Shown here: one piece after another, positions 1 to 17,135 of the stretch
Layout of the letters: every line of letters begins with the position of its first letter
Position numbering within the stretch: the first letter of the stretch is position 1
NCBI GenBank assembly: GCA_951406725.2
Contig: OX597824.1
Span: 80,662,001 to 80,726,000 of the forward strand
From: Octopus vulgaris
Lineage: Eukaryota
Direction: 5' to 3'
Length of the DNA stretch: 64,000 nt
Position numbers and translations under genes: made by a program
Notes under the pieces: model-generated
Databases searched by the model: none
Seen by the model: only the letters and a program-made list of their open reading frames with translations
Told to the model about the DNA's origin: nothing

Positions 1-102
1 CTCACCTCTGAAATATAAAGTAATTTTAACTGTCGTTGTGTGTGTGTCTGTGTGTTTATGTGTATGTGCGTGTATATATATTTGTGTGTGTGTCTGTGTG
101 TG

Positions 103-133
<31 letters not shown>

Positions 134-351
134 TTACACATACATACACATATATATATACGCATATACATGTTTATACATATATATACTTTATTTGTCG
201 GTTAAAAGGCTACCACTTGTTTCATGTATGTGGAGTCTCTTAACAGTTATCAAGCCTGTGACACAGAAACTATTGTGTCCGTCTCCATTTAGGATATATA
301 TATATATATATGTATATATCTATGTATATATGTATATGTGTGTATGTATGC

Positions 352-407
<56 letters not shown>

Positions 408-666
408 ATAATTTATTCGTGGGCTAACAAGGCTACCAAAGCTTTTGTGTTAGAGATATCTCTTTAAAATTATCAAGCCTGCTACAGGCAAACGTTTATC
501 TGCATAGAAATAGATAATATAATATGATATGATATAATATAATATGGTATAGTATAATATCAGTATGCATGATGTATGTTAGGGAGTTTCATATTTCATG
601 ATTTAGTGAGAGGAAAAAACATGCATACAAATGTTTGTATGTGTGTATGTATCTATTCATCCATGT

Positions 667-1130
<464 letters not shown>

Positions 1131-1592
1131 GCTATGAATATATATATATATATATATACAACATAATTACATAATATATATATATATATATATAAAGGTA
1201 TATGCAGACGTATATTTAACTAAATATTTAACTAAAGATATTATATAAGGATATATATATGTATATATTAAGAAATATAATTATATAAATACATATATAC
1301 ATACATAATATACATACATAATATACATATACACACACACACACACACACATATCCTTCATATCCTTTAATCATTAATGTAGAGAGCATAATAGTACATG
1401 CACTGCTAGATAATAGATGTTCCTGTTGGAATAAATTACCAAGAACAGTGTTAGAGAGAAGAATGAACAAAGGGTAATCTTGACATTTATCAATTATACA
1501 GACAAAATTGAGTGTCTACAGGAAGCATGGAAATAATAAGAATACATGCAGAAATATCGGAGCCGAAAAATAAATTAGCGTTGTCAAATTAT

Positions 1593-1605
1593 ATGCATGT
1601 GTGTA

Positions 1606-1636
<31 letters not shown>

Positions 1637-1683
1637 ATGTATGTATGTATGTGTGTGTGTATGTATGAATGTATGTATGTATG

Positions 1684-1714
<31 letters not shown>

Positions 1715-2090
1715 GCATGTATGTATGTATATGTGTGTGTATATATGTATGTATGTATTTATGCATGTATGTATGTATGTATGTATGCATGCATGTATGT
1801 ATGTATGCATGCATGTATGTATGTATGTATGCATAAATGTATGTATGTATATGTGTGTGTGCATATATATATATGTATATGTTTGTATGCATGCATGTAT
1901 GTATGTATGTGTATACATATATATATATGTATATATATATACATATAGATATGTATGTATGTATCTATCTGTATATATATATATATATATATATAATTAT
2001 ATATTTACATATATATACATACATATATGTATATATATGTATATATATGTAAATATATAATTATATGCATATGTATATATGTGTGTACGT
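1593..2090. repeat. (ATGT)n / (AT)n compound microsatellite
   Basis: Read directly. Confidence 0.95.
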
Positions 2091-2368
2091 ACACATGCAT
2101 TGATATATACATATGTGCACACATACACACTCATGTGTGTGTGTTTGTGTTCGTATACATGCATGCACATTTGATATGAGATATTGTAATCAGCTTTTGG
2201 ATACAGAAGTTCAACGGGCACACTTACACACACACATCAACACACACAAGCACACATACACACATAAATACGCACACGCACACATATAATTGCCTGTGCG
2301 TGTGCATATGCGCGTGTGTGTGTCTACAGAAAGAAAGAGAGAGGGAGAATGACAGAATGGGAGAGAGA

Positions 2369-2401
<33 letters not shown>

Positions 2402-2670
2402 TGACAGAGCGACAGAGTAAGAAACTGAAAGATACTAACATCGAGTTAATGTCTGTGCGTATGAGTATAATTACGTAAGCCTCTGTCCTAGTCTATCTAC
2501 ATGTCGAGATATGAACACACACACACACGCATGCACACACACACACACGCACACACACATACACAGAGAAACACAGAAATACATATATACGCGCGCACAT
2601 ACACTCACACACATTCACATAAATACCTCTATAAATACATACACGCATGGATAATACATCTCCATATATA

Positions 2671-3230
2671 TTTATATACACTCCTATATACAAAAGCTGG
2701 TAGCTCGCTAGATATATATTCGTATATATTTATATACACACTGGTAACTAGCTAGATAGATATTCATATACGTTTATATACACACTTATATACACACTGG
2801 TAGCTCGCTAGTTAGATATTCATATATATTTATATACACACTTATATACACACTGGTAGCTCACTAGATATATATTCATATATATTTATATACACACTTA
2901 TATACACACTTGTAGCTCACTAGTTAGATATTCATATATATTGATATACACACTTATATACACACTGGTAGCTCACTAGATATATATTCATATATATTTA
3001 TATACACACTTATATACATACTGGCAGCTCACTAGATATATATTCATATATATTTATATACACACTTATATACATACTGGTAGCTCACTAGATATATATT
3101 CATATATATTTATATACACATTCATACACACACTGGTAGCTCATTAGATATATATTCATATATATTTATATACACACTTATATACAAATGCTTGTAGCTC
3201 GCTAGATAGACACTCATAGATGAATTTATA
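2671..3230. repeat. 56-bp minisatellite, about 10 copies
   Basis: The tagctc anchor recurs at 2801, 2857, 2913, 2969, 3025, 3081 and 3137 (period 56), with degenerate copies at both ends. Confidence 0.92.
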
Positions 3231-3585
3231 AAAACATTGTAGTACAAAATGAATTGTCGCGACAATAATACACAAAAAAACAATGAAGTTAGCCAGAGAC
3301 GAGTGTCTTTGAAGTAACAATATCTCCTGTTAATTAGCCGTTGTCCCCTCTCATCCGCATCATATCAAGGCTAATGCTGCAAGCGATATCCAACACAGAT
3401 TGGAGTTGTTAACTTGACCTTTTCGATCTTTGTCCATTTGTTAACTCCAACATATATCGCTTATTTCGTGCAGTGTCGTTTGGACAGGAAGTGTACAATA
3501 TTTCAATATGTGAAGTAATGCTTTCTTTAGAAACGGGCGAGACAAAGACTCTTATTAGGCAATTTATTTTGTGATAAATAAAAGA

Positions 3586-3622
3586 TAACAACAACAAAAA
3601 CAGCAACAACAACAATAATAAC

Positions 3623-3687
<65 letters not shown>

Positions 3688-3703
3688 TAATAATAATAAT
3701 AAC

Positions 3704-3747
<44 letters not shown>

Positions 3748-3793
3748 TAATAGTAATAATGATGGTGATGATGATGGTGATGATAATAATAAA

Positions 3794-3840
<47 letters not shown>

Positions 3841-3853
3841 TAACAACAACAGC

Positions 3854-3903
<50 letters not shown>

Positions 3904-4000
3904 TAATAATAATAATAATGATGGTGATGATGATGGTGATGATAATAATAAAGATAATGATAATGATAATGATAAAAAAAATAATAATGATAATAATAAT

Positions 4001-4091
<91 letters not shown>

Positions 4092-4209
4092 TTAATAATA
4101 ATAATAATAATAATAATAAAATGGCGGTACCCCAGCATGGCCACAGCTCGTGAGCTGAAACTAGATAAAATAAAAAAAATAAAATAAAATAATAATAATA
4201 ATAATAATG

Positions 4210-4279
<70 letters not shown>
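3586..4279. repeat. (AAT)n/(AAC)n/(GAT)n array containing a short retroelement 3' tail at 4122-4190
   Basis: Read directly; the insert atggcggtaccccagcatggccacagctcgtgagctgaaac resembles the SINE A tail. Confidence 0.9.
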
Positions 4280-5339
4280 GATAGCGGCAAAACACGAGCA
4301 AAACAAAAAACTGTTCTCAGTATTTAAGGAAGCTGACAAATACAAACAAGAAATCATACCACCTAATAAACATGAAGAAGAAGAAGAAGAAGAAGATGAA
4401 GAAACAACAAAAGCTATAAAACAAATGAAATCCAAACTAAAAACAGAACAGCAACGAACCATGATAAAACGATGGCAAGAAAAGCCCCTTCATGGTAAAT
4501 ACTGCACTAAACTAAACGCAAAAGAAATAGACAAAGAAAAATCCCAGCAATGGTTGAGAAGCTCAGGACTCAAAGCAGAAACAGAGGGATTTTTAATTGC
4601 AGCACAAGACCAAAGCCTCCCCACCAGAAATTACCAAAAACATGTAATGAAAAGAAATATTACAAGTAACTGCAGAATATGTGGAGATGGACAAGAAACA
4701 ATAAATCATATCATCTCTAGCTGCCCAGTCCTGGCTAAGAAGGAATATATTCACAGACATGACAGAGTTGGAACCTACATACATTGGAAGCTATGCCAAC
4801 ATTATGGAATAACAACAGAAAAAAGATGGTATAGGCACACACCAGAAAAGGTCACAGAAAACGAGAAAGCAACCATACTCTGGGATATGCCGATACACAC
4901 AGATAGAGAAATTAAGGCCAACAGACCAGATATAGTTGTCAGAGATCATGAAGAAAAAAATGCTTTTTAATTGATGTATCAATACCGGCAGATGACAACG
5001 TGTCTCTAAAAGAAATGGAGAAACTCTCAAAATACAAAGACCTGGAAATAGAGGTAACTAGAATGTGGAATCTGAAAACAGAAACAATTCCTATCATAGT
5101 AGGTGCATTAGGCATGATAAAAAAATATTCAGACAAATACATAACAAAAACACCAGGACTTACAAACACATATAACATACAGAAAATTGCACTACTAGGC
5201 ACTGCCCACATCCTACGCAGAACACTTTCCATACAATAACCATCAGAGCATCACAACAAATCACAGCACATACCCAAGGCACACAGAGCTGCGCTCGGTA
5301 GTGAAGTGAAAGCACGCTATAAAAATAAAAATAAAACTA

Positions 5340-5343
<4 letters not shown>
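4280..5343 (+). mobile_element. 5'-truncated Dong/R4-clade non-LTR retrotransposon, copy 1
   Basis: Encodes a CCHC knuckle (CRICGDGQETINHIISSC), RHDRVG, and a PD-(D/E)xK restriction-like endonuclease (RPDIVV...IDVSIP...KLSKYKDL); (TAA)n on both flanks. Confidence 0.88.
4281..5239 (+). pseudogene. C-terminal part of the R4/Dong ORF (zinc knuckle plus RLE endonuclease), one frameshift near 4955-4960
   Basis: ORFs 4425-4970 and 5000-5239 join if one A is restored in the A-run (EEKK-CFLIDVSIP); the frame is open back to about 4281. Confidence 0.85.
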
Positions 5344-5403
<60 letters not shown>

Positions 5404-5406
<3 letters not shown>

Positions 5407-6259
5407 GGGCTAAAACCAGAGTGTAGGTTTCATATTAGCTGCTCAAGACCAAAGCTTATTAACCCGGAACTACCAAGTCAATGTGATAAAAAATGGAGCT
5501 GACCGAAAATGCCGTTTCTGTGACGATGAGATTGAAACTATAGACCACCTAATCTCAGGATGTAGAGTCTTAGCACCTGTAGAATATAAAACAAGACATG
5601 CCAGAGTCGGCCAGTATTTACACTGGACAATATGTCGGCATTATAAAATCAAAACCGCTGACAAATGGTATAAACACCATCCTGAAGCTGTGACTGAGGG
5701 AGAAAATGTGTCTATTCTCTGGAACTTATTCTTCTGTCGATTCTTCTGGGACATACCGACAAAACTATAAAAGCTAATAAACTGGATATTATTATAAAAG
5801 ATCAGACAAAAAAGTTGTGTTTATTAATTGACATGAGTATTCCTCGCGATCACAATATAGCGGCGAAAGAATTTGACAAGATCAGTAAATATAAAGACTT
5901 GCTAATAAAAATTGAAAATATGTGGCATCTCAAGGCGACTATAGTGCTAGCGATTGTAGAATCTCTAGGAATGATTTTAAAAAAGGTACTGAAACCTATT
6001 TGAAAATGATACCAGGCTTACCATTCCTACAGGAAGTGCAAAAATTGTGTTAACTGGAACGACTCATGTACTGAGAAGAGCATTATCGTTGTGAGATCAA
6101 CATCCATTCATGAATTTATTTATTTATTAATTTTTTATATACATATTTTACCTGTGAATTTGCGTGTGTAATCTGGGAATGCATACAATGAGCTTCTCTG
6201 CCCTAGGTGTATGGAAAACACTCGGCGAGAAATGGAAGAAAATTTGAAGAAAGAAGGAA
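5404..6259 (+). mobile_element. 5'-truncated Dong/R4-clade element, copy 2 (distinct lineage, multiple frameshifts)
   Basis: AAQDQSLLTRNY, CRFCDDEIETIDHLISGC, RHARVG, IDMSIP...KISKYKDL; bounded by (TAA)n. Confidence 0.85.
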
Positions 6260-6266
6260 AATAATA

Positions 6267-6342
<76 letters not shown>

Positions 6343-6379
6343 GAAGAAGAAGAAGAAGAAGAACAACAACAACAACAAC

Positions 6380-6440
<61 letters not shown>

Positions 6441-6444
<4 letters not shown>

Positions 6445-6803
6445 ACATAACCTGTGACCATAATATCTCGGCAAAAGAATTTGATAAGCTCAGAAAATAT
6501 AAAGATTTGCTAACTGAAGTCGAAACGATGTGGCATCTCAAGAGGGTTAAAATAGCGGTAATTGTTGGAGCATATGGTATGATGAAAATAGGAACTGAAT
6601 TTTATTTAAGAATGATCTCTGACTCAAATTTTAAAACAAGCACATAATTTCCTTAAACATTCTCCAGAACAGCACTATGTACAATACCAAAACATAAGCT
6701 TAGCACCAACATGAACTTCTAACTTGTTGTCTCACGAGGTCTCTGGGTGAGACTTGGAGCCAAGTTGTACAAATACAAAGCAAAAGTCAATCATAAAATT
6801 ATC
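6441..6803 (+). mobile_element. Dong/R4-clade 3' fragment, copy 3
   Basis: DHNISAKEFDKLRKYKDLLTEVETMWHLK aligns with copy 2; followed by a different 3' UTR; (TAA)n flanks. Confidence 0.8.
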
Positions 6804-7741
<938 letters not shown>

Positions 7742-7745
<4 letters not shown>

Positions 7746-8135
7746 GGCATACAAATAGCAAAGGTGTGGTATGAGAAAACCCTAGAAAGAGTCACGGAGA
7801 ATGAAGATGGAAAAATCCTGTGGAATGCAATGATTCAGTACAATCATGAGACCAGACATCGGAAACCGAACATTGTTGTGGTGAATAAAAGAAAAAAAAA
7901 CTTGCTTGATAATCGACATAGCATGTTCCGGTGATGACAAGATCAAAGAGAAAGAAGAAGAAAACTGAACAACTACGACGATTTGAAGAGGAAAATACGA
8001 AGGTTGTGGTCAAGGAAGAGACTAGACGTGATACCAATAGTAATTGACGCACTGAGATGCGTCAAGACTCAACTACCAACATGACATAGAAATATTGGTT
8101 CACAGGTAAAGACAGAACACTGAACTGCAAAAGCA
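7742..8135 (+). mobile_element. Dong/R4-clade 3' fragment, copy 4 (degraded)
   Basis: Manual translation gives WYEKTLERVTENEDGKILWN...RKPNIVV...CLIIDIAC, homologous to copy 1 (WYRHTPEKVTENEKATILWD...RPDIVV). Confidence 0.75.
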
Positions 8136-8495
8136 ATTTCTTTATTCACCATGAGGTTGAGAAAAAGAGGGAACGATACGAGGACAGACAAAGCAAACAT
8201 TGGGGTCAGGGTATCGAATGAGACGAAACGTATGAATAAACAGACAATTAATATATATACATTTAAATGAGAATGAGTGATTTACAAGAAAATGAAGCGG
8301 AGAACGCGGTCGACCCCACAAACCACATAGTTACACTGAAGACGTTGCTTTGTTCTTTTTTGGTTCCCGTTTAGACAGGTTCTTCCACTAGCAACATACT
8401 TGCTACAGACTGCCATCTTTTACGAAACACGCTTTGCGACAGGCATTTCTTCTCCAGCCTTATTTTCCGTTTCATGTGGAAAACGAAAAAGTCAT

Positions 8496-9328
8496 ACCTG
8501 CAAAGTCATGCCTTCTTTATTCTGATATGAGATCACCATGTCGCGCACATATGGTTGTGATGCATGTGCCTGGTGTACACTTATTTCTTATTTCTTTATT
8601 GCCCACATGGGGCTAAACATAGAGGGGACAAACAAGGACAGACAAAGGGATTAAGTCGATTACTTAATTTATCGACCCCGGAAGGATGAAAGGCAAAGTT
8701 TGACCTCGGTGGAATTTGAACACAGAACGCAACGGCAGACGAAATACCTATTTCTTTACTACTCACAAGGGGCTATACACAGAGGGGACAAAAAAGGACA
8801 GACAAACGGATTAAGTCGATTATATCGACCTCAGTGTGTAACTGGTACTTATTTAATCGACCCCGAAAGAATGAAAGTCAAAGTCGACCTCGGCGGAATT
8901 TGAACTCAGAACGTAATGACAGACGAAATACCGCTGAGCATTTCGACTGGCGTGCTAACGTTTCTGCCAGCTCGCCGCCTTCGGCAGTCGAAACACCTAT
9001 TTCTTTACTACCCACAAGGGGCTAAACACAGAGAGGACAAACAAGGACAGACAAACGGATTAAGTCGATTATATTGACCCCAGTGCGTAACTGGTACTTA
9101 ATTTATCGACCCCGGAAGGATGAAAGGCAAAGTCGACCACGGCGGAATTTGAACTCAGAACGTAGCGGCAGACGAAATACCGCTAAGCATTTCACCCGGC
9201 GTGCTAACGTCTCTGCCAGCTCACCGTTTGGTGTACCCTTCTCAGGTGAGTAGTCATGATGAGTATACTGGGTTTCATATATTTGTACCCCAGAGTCATT
9301 TTGATGGCGTACGCTGCCCTTTCACCCA
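8496..9328 (+). mobile_element. 3' part of element D, split by a SINE C multimer
   Basis: 8496-8582 and 9229-9328 are contiguous in intact D copies. Confidence 0.75.
8583..9228 (-). mobile_element. SINE C multimer (about 3 units) with a 12-bp TSD
   Basis: tRNA-like head, B-box-like gagttcaaattcc, repeated units; tggtgtacactt at 8571-8582 and tggtgtaccctt at 9229-9240. Confidence 0.85.
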
Positions 9329-9348
9329 GTAATAATAATAATAATAAT

Positions 9349-9800
9349 CTTTTCTACCATAGGCACAAAGCGTGTAATATTGTTGAAGGGGTGGGTGGGA
9401 GTGGGGGCTAGTCGATTGCATCGACCCTAGGATTTGACTGGTACTTATTTTATCGAGCTCGAAAGGATGAATGGCAAAGTCGACCTCAGCGGAATTATGA
9501 TCTGAGAACGTAAAGACGGACGAAAAGGTGATGAGTACTTTTGTCCGGCTTGCTAACGATTCTGCCAATTTACTGCCATAACGACAACAGCAACAACAAC
9601 AATAATAATAGTATTAATAATAATGGTTCGAAAATTTGGCACAGGGCCAGCAATTTCGATGTTGTGAGTAAGTTGATTGCATCGCCCTCTATGATCAAAT
9701 AGTACTTAGTTCATCAACGCCAAAAGAATTAAGGCAAAATTGACATCGGTGAGATACGTACTTGGAACCTGATGACGGACGAAATGCCACTAAACAGTTA
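9349..9800 (-). mobile_element. Two older monomeric SINE C copies with (ATT)n tails
   Basis: Share the core aaggatgaa-ggcaaagtcgacctc; the tail joins (AAT)n. Confidence 0.7.
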
Positions 9801-10039
9801 CCCTACCACCCACCCCGATGTGTTAACGGATCTCCGTCGGTTTCGAAGAATAGGTAGCAGTAGTACGATCACCTGAATAATATTGCTCATTGAAACATAA
9901 GGCGTAACTGGTAGACTGGTCCGCACAATCATATGACGTTAGAAGGAGATGCAGAGATGGATATACGAGTAGGCAGAGATACAGATAAGAAAGAGAGAGA
10001 GAGAATGAGAGACAGTGGTGGTAATGGTGATGGATGGAA

Positions 10040-10418
10040 GCACTCAGTCGGTTACGACGACGAGGGTTCCGGTTGATCCGAATCAACGGAACAGCCTGCT
10101 CGTGAAATTAACGTGTAAGTGGCTGAACACTCCACAGACACGTGTACCCTTAACGTAGTTCTCGGGATATTCAGCGTGACACAGAGAGTGACAAGGCCGG
10201 CCCCTTGAAATACAGGTACAACAGAAACAGGAAGTAAGAGTGAGAGAAAGTTGTGGTGAAAGAGTACAGCAGGGATCACCAACATCCCCTGCCGGAGCCT
10301 CGTGGAGCTTTTAGGTGTTTTCGCTCAATAAACACTCACAACGCCCGGTCTGGGAATCGAAACCGCGATCCTATGACCGCGAGTCCGCTGCCCCAACCAC
10401 TGGGCCATTGTGCCTCCA
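10040..10418 (-). mobile_element. tRNA-derived SINE B, full length
   Basis: Head tggaggcacaatggcccagtgg with A-box-like and B-box-like (ggtttcgattcc) motifs; matches 34645-34993 and 37387-37769. Confidence 0.85.
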
Positions 10419-10653
10419 CCAATGGTGGTAGGTCTACGCTGAGCATAAGCAAGAAGATTTGCAGAAAATGTCGCTGATTCTTGTGGTGTGATTTATGGTT
10501 AAACTTGATAAAGCTTTACAAAGTGTATTAAAGCAGCTCTGCCAGATTTGATTCATTTCAATATGTCTAGTTTATGATATTCACTAAATTTTGTATTATA
10601 AAACCACCGTCACCTCGCAACCCATTGCAAGACTCACGCTCCCCACTTCACAC

Positions 10654-13635
<2,982 letters not shown>

Positions 13636-14057
13636 AAAGAGAAAGAGGGGGAGAGTGAATGAGGGGAAGAATAAGTATTACGTACATACACTAAGATTAA
13701 GTTTAGTCAATCTCTTTTTCCTGTTTCGTTTGTTTTGTGATGGTTGATGGTCACGTTGTCTGTTTAGTCATTGTAACTGCTTTGTCATAGGTAGATAAGT
13801 GTTGTTGTTGTTGTTGTTGCTGTTGTTATTGTTGTTGTAGCATTTGTTGTTGCCTTGTATTTTTATTTTGTGTCTTGATACAATGTTTTCATTTTCCTTT
13901 TGTGGTTCTTGAGGTAATATAATTTTAAAACCCGTTTCCTTCGTATTAATTGTCACAGTGCATAGAAAACTCTAAGCGAATAAACGCGCATACGTACACA
14001 TGCAATTCGTACGTACGCACGCATAAATCGATTAATACATACAATACATAAATACGT

Positions 14058-14280
14058 ACTCTTTTACTCTTTTACTTGTTTCAGTCAGTTGACTGCGGCC
14101 ATGCTAGAGCACCGCCTTTAATCGAGCAACTCGAACCCGGGACTTATTCTTTTGTAAGCCCAGTAATTATTCTATCGGTTTCTTTTGTCGAACCGCTAAG
14201 TAACGGGGACATAAACACACCAGCATCGGTTGTCAAGCAATGCTAGGGGGACAAACACAGACGCGCAAACACACACACGC

Positions 14281-14313
<33 letters not shown>

Positions 14314-14478
14314 GACGACGGGCTTCTTTCAGTTTCCGTCTACCAAATCCACTCACAAGGCATTGGTCGGCCCGGGGTTATAGCAGAAGACACTTGCCCA
14401 AGGTGCCACGCAGTGGGACTGAACCCGGAACCATGTGGTTGGTAAACAAGCTACTTACCACACAGCCACTCCTGCGCC
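14058..14478 (-). mobile_element. tRNA-derived SINE A, full length
   Basis: Head ggcgcaggagtggctgtgtgg, B-box-like ggttcagtcc, CORE-like gcaccttgggcaagt, internal (AT)/(GT) tract, gtaaaaga tail repeats; at least 8 copies in the window. Confidence 0.88.
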
Positions 14479-14494
14479 ATACATACACACATAC

Positions 14495-14775
14495 ATCATC
14501 ATCATCGTTTAACCTCCATTTTCCCTGCTAGCATGGGTTGGACGGTTCGACCGGGGTCTGGGAAGCTAGGAGGCTGGACCAGGCTCCAGTCTGATCTAGC
14601 AGTTTTTCTACAGCTGGATGACCTTCCTAACGCCAACCACTCCATAAGTGTGGTGGGTGCTTTTTACGTGCCACCGGCACAGAGGCCAGCGGAGGCTGGG
14701 AAAGGCCACGATCCATTGGTGCTTTTTACGTGCCACCGGCACAGAAGCCAGTCAAGGCGGCGCTGGCATCGGCCC
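14495..14775 (-). mobile_element. Probable 3' portion of another retroposon with a (GAT)n tail
   Basis: GC-rich segment ending in gatgatgatg on the minus strand with an internal duplication (ggtgctttttacgtgccaccggcacag twice); family recognised only from memory. Confidence 0.5.
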
Positions 14776-14798
14776 TGCCCCAGCTACGAACGCCGCCG

Positions 14799-14800
<2 letters not shown>

Positions 14801-14875
<75 letters not shown>

Positions 14876-14876
14876 T

Positions 14877-14930
<54 letters not shown>

Positions 14931-15214
14931 TTGCTGCTGCCCCTGCCCCTTCTACGAGGGTGGAGTTGGAGCAACGTGAAATAAAGTTAGCACACATTGA
15001 TTAAAGCGTCCATGGTACAAGGTGCTGCCGCGAATCGAACTCACGGCTTTACGATCGTGAATTGTATCCCCTGACCCTAAAACCACCAGTTTTACATGCA
15101 TCAATAATACCGCCATCAACATTACCAGCATTAAAACCCCAACAATCAACAATATTACCTATACCTATACCTCAACCACTACATGCACCGCAACCATCCC
15201 TCCCACCACCACCG

Positions 15215-15266
<52 letters not shown>

Positions 15267-15690
15267 TACCACTACTACTACTACTACTACTACCACCTTC
15301 ACCACCACCACCCTCACCTCCACCACCAAAACCCCTACCACCACAACCACCACCACCACAACTATCACCACTACCACCACCACCACCACCACCACCACCA
15401 CAAAAACAACAACAACAACCACCACCACCACAACCACCAGCACCACCTTCACCACAACCACGATCGCAACCAGCAACACCACAACCACCACCACCAACAC
15501 CACAAACACCACTACCAACAACCACTACAACCACCACCACCACCACAACCACCACCACTACCACACCACCACCACCACCACCAACACCACCACAAGCACC
15601 AACACCACCACCACAATCACCACCACTACCACCACCACCACCACCACCACCACCACCACCACCACCACCATCGCAACCATCTCCACCAGT
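14801..15690. repeat. (CTA)n/(CTG)n and degenerate (CCA)n arrays
   Basis: Read directly; explains the Pro-, His- and Thr-rich ORFs in several frames. Confidence 0.9.
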
Positions 15691-16317
15691 GACAACAACA
15701 AGAACTACAACAGCAACATTTTTTTACCAAAAGCATCAGTTACAATCGATGCAATGACAAAAAAAAACCACCAATTTTTTTTTCTTAACTATAAAACACC
15801 CGACATCATTTTTTTCTATTTTCTTGAAAACAAAATCCCAGAGAAAAAACGAAAAATCTCAAACTAACATTCATTTTGCCAACCCCTCAGAAATCCTTAC
15901 AAGCAACAATAAATAAATAAAATAAAATGTGGGTCCATGTGGGATGAGAAATAATAGATATATGACTTTCTAATGGCCCCTGGACAGACATGTAACATCA
16001 TAAATAAAATACAGCGGGTTGGCAAGATGGCGATCGTAATCATATTCACACATGTTTTATGGTCGCTAAGTCCATCGGTGATGTGTATACATGTATATAC
16101 ATGTATGTATGTATGTATGTATGTATGTATGTATGTATGTATGTAGGTATGTATGTAGGTATGTATGTATGTATGTATGTGTGTATGTATGTATGTATGT
16201 ATGTATGTATGTATGTATGTATGTATGTATGCATGCATGTATGTATGTTTGTATGTGTATATACGTAGATATATGTAAGGGCGTATGTATGTGTACCTGC
16301 ATGTATTGACATTTATA

Positions 16318-16365
<48 letters not shown>

Positions 16366-16476
16366 CATATCTCCATGCAGGCATAATCTGTTGTAATTTG
16401 ATCTTCTTGTCTTTTGTTGCTAAAAGAAATTCACAATGTCAATGACAAATCATCGTTGTATCCATGCATCCATGTG

Positions 16477-16525
<49 letters not shown>

Positions 16526-16545
16526 ACATATCTGTGTATATATGG

Positions 16546-16657
16546 GGATGGCGAGCTGGGAGAATCGTTAGAACGTAGGGCAAAACACTTAGCGACATTA
16601 CATTAAACCTCATGTTCTGAGTTCAAATTCAGCTGAGGTCGAATTTGCCTTTCATCT
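16546..16657 (+). mobile_element. SINE C 5' fragment
   Basis: ggcgagctgggagaatcgttag...gttctgagttcaaattc...gaggtcgaatttgcctttcatc. Confidence 0.7.
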
Positions 16658-16664
16658 GTTATAA

Positions 16665-17072
16665 GCGTAGGAGTGGATGTGTGGTAAGTAGCTTGCTTAC
16701 TAACCACATGGCTCTAAGTTCAGTCCCACTGCATGGCCCCTTGAGCAAGTTTCTTCTACGATAGCCTCGGGCCGACCAGAGCCTTGTGAGTGGATTTGGT
16801 CGACGGAAACTGAAAGAAGCCCGTCGTATATATATATATACATGCCGCGTGTGTGTATATGTTTGTGTGTCTGTGTTTGTCCCCACAACATCGCTTGACA
16901 ACAGATGCTGGTGTGTTTACGTCCCCGTAACCTAGCGGTTCGGCAAAAGAACCCGATAGAATAAGTACTAGGCTTACAAAGAATAAGTCCTGGGGTCGAT
17001 TTGCTCGACTAAAAGCAGTGCTCCAGCATGGCCACAGTCAAATGACTGAAACATGTAAAAGGAAACAAGAGA
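16665..17072 (+). mobile_element. SINE A, full length
   Basis: Matches the other SINE A copies end to end. Confidence 0.88.
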
Positions 17073-17135
17073 GTATATGTATGTATATAAATATAGATAT
17101 AAATATATATATATATATATGAATATATATATGTA

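Noticed and set aside
2671-3230. CRISPR-like regular array
   Set aside because: Whole units repeat with no unique spacers, the context is eukaryotic and there are no cas genes.
9768-9790. ctgatgacggacgaaa as a hammerhead
   Set aside because: Lies in register within a decayed SINE C and has no stems.
15062-15757. 231-aa proline-rich ORF resembling an extensin or formin
   Set aside because: Degenerate (CCA)n/(CTA)n repeat open in multiple frames, starting inside an old SINE-like sequence, with no domain or splice support.
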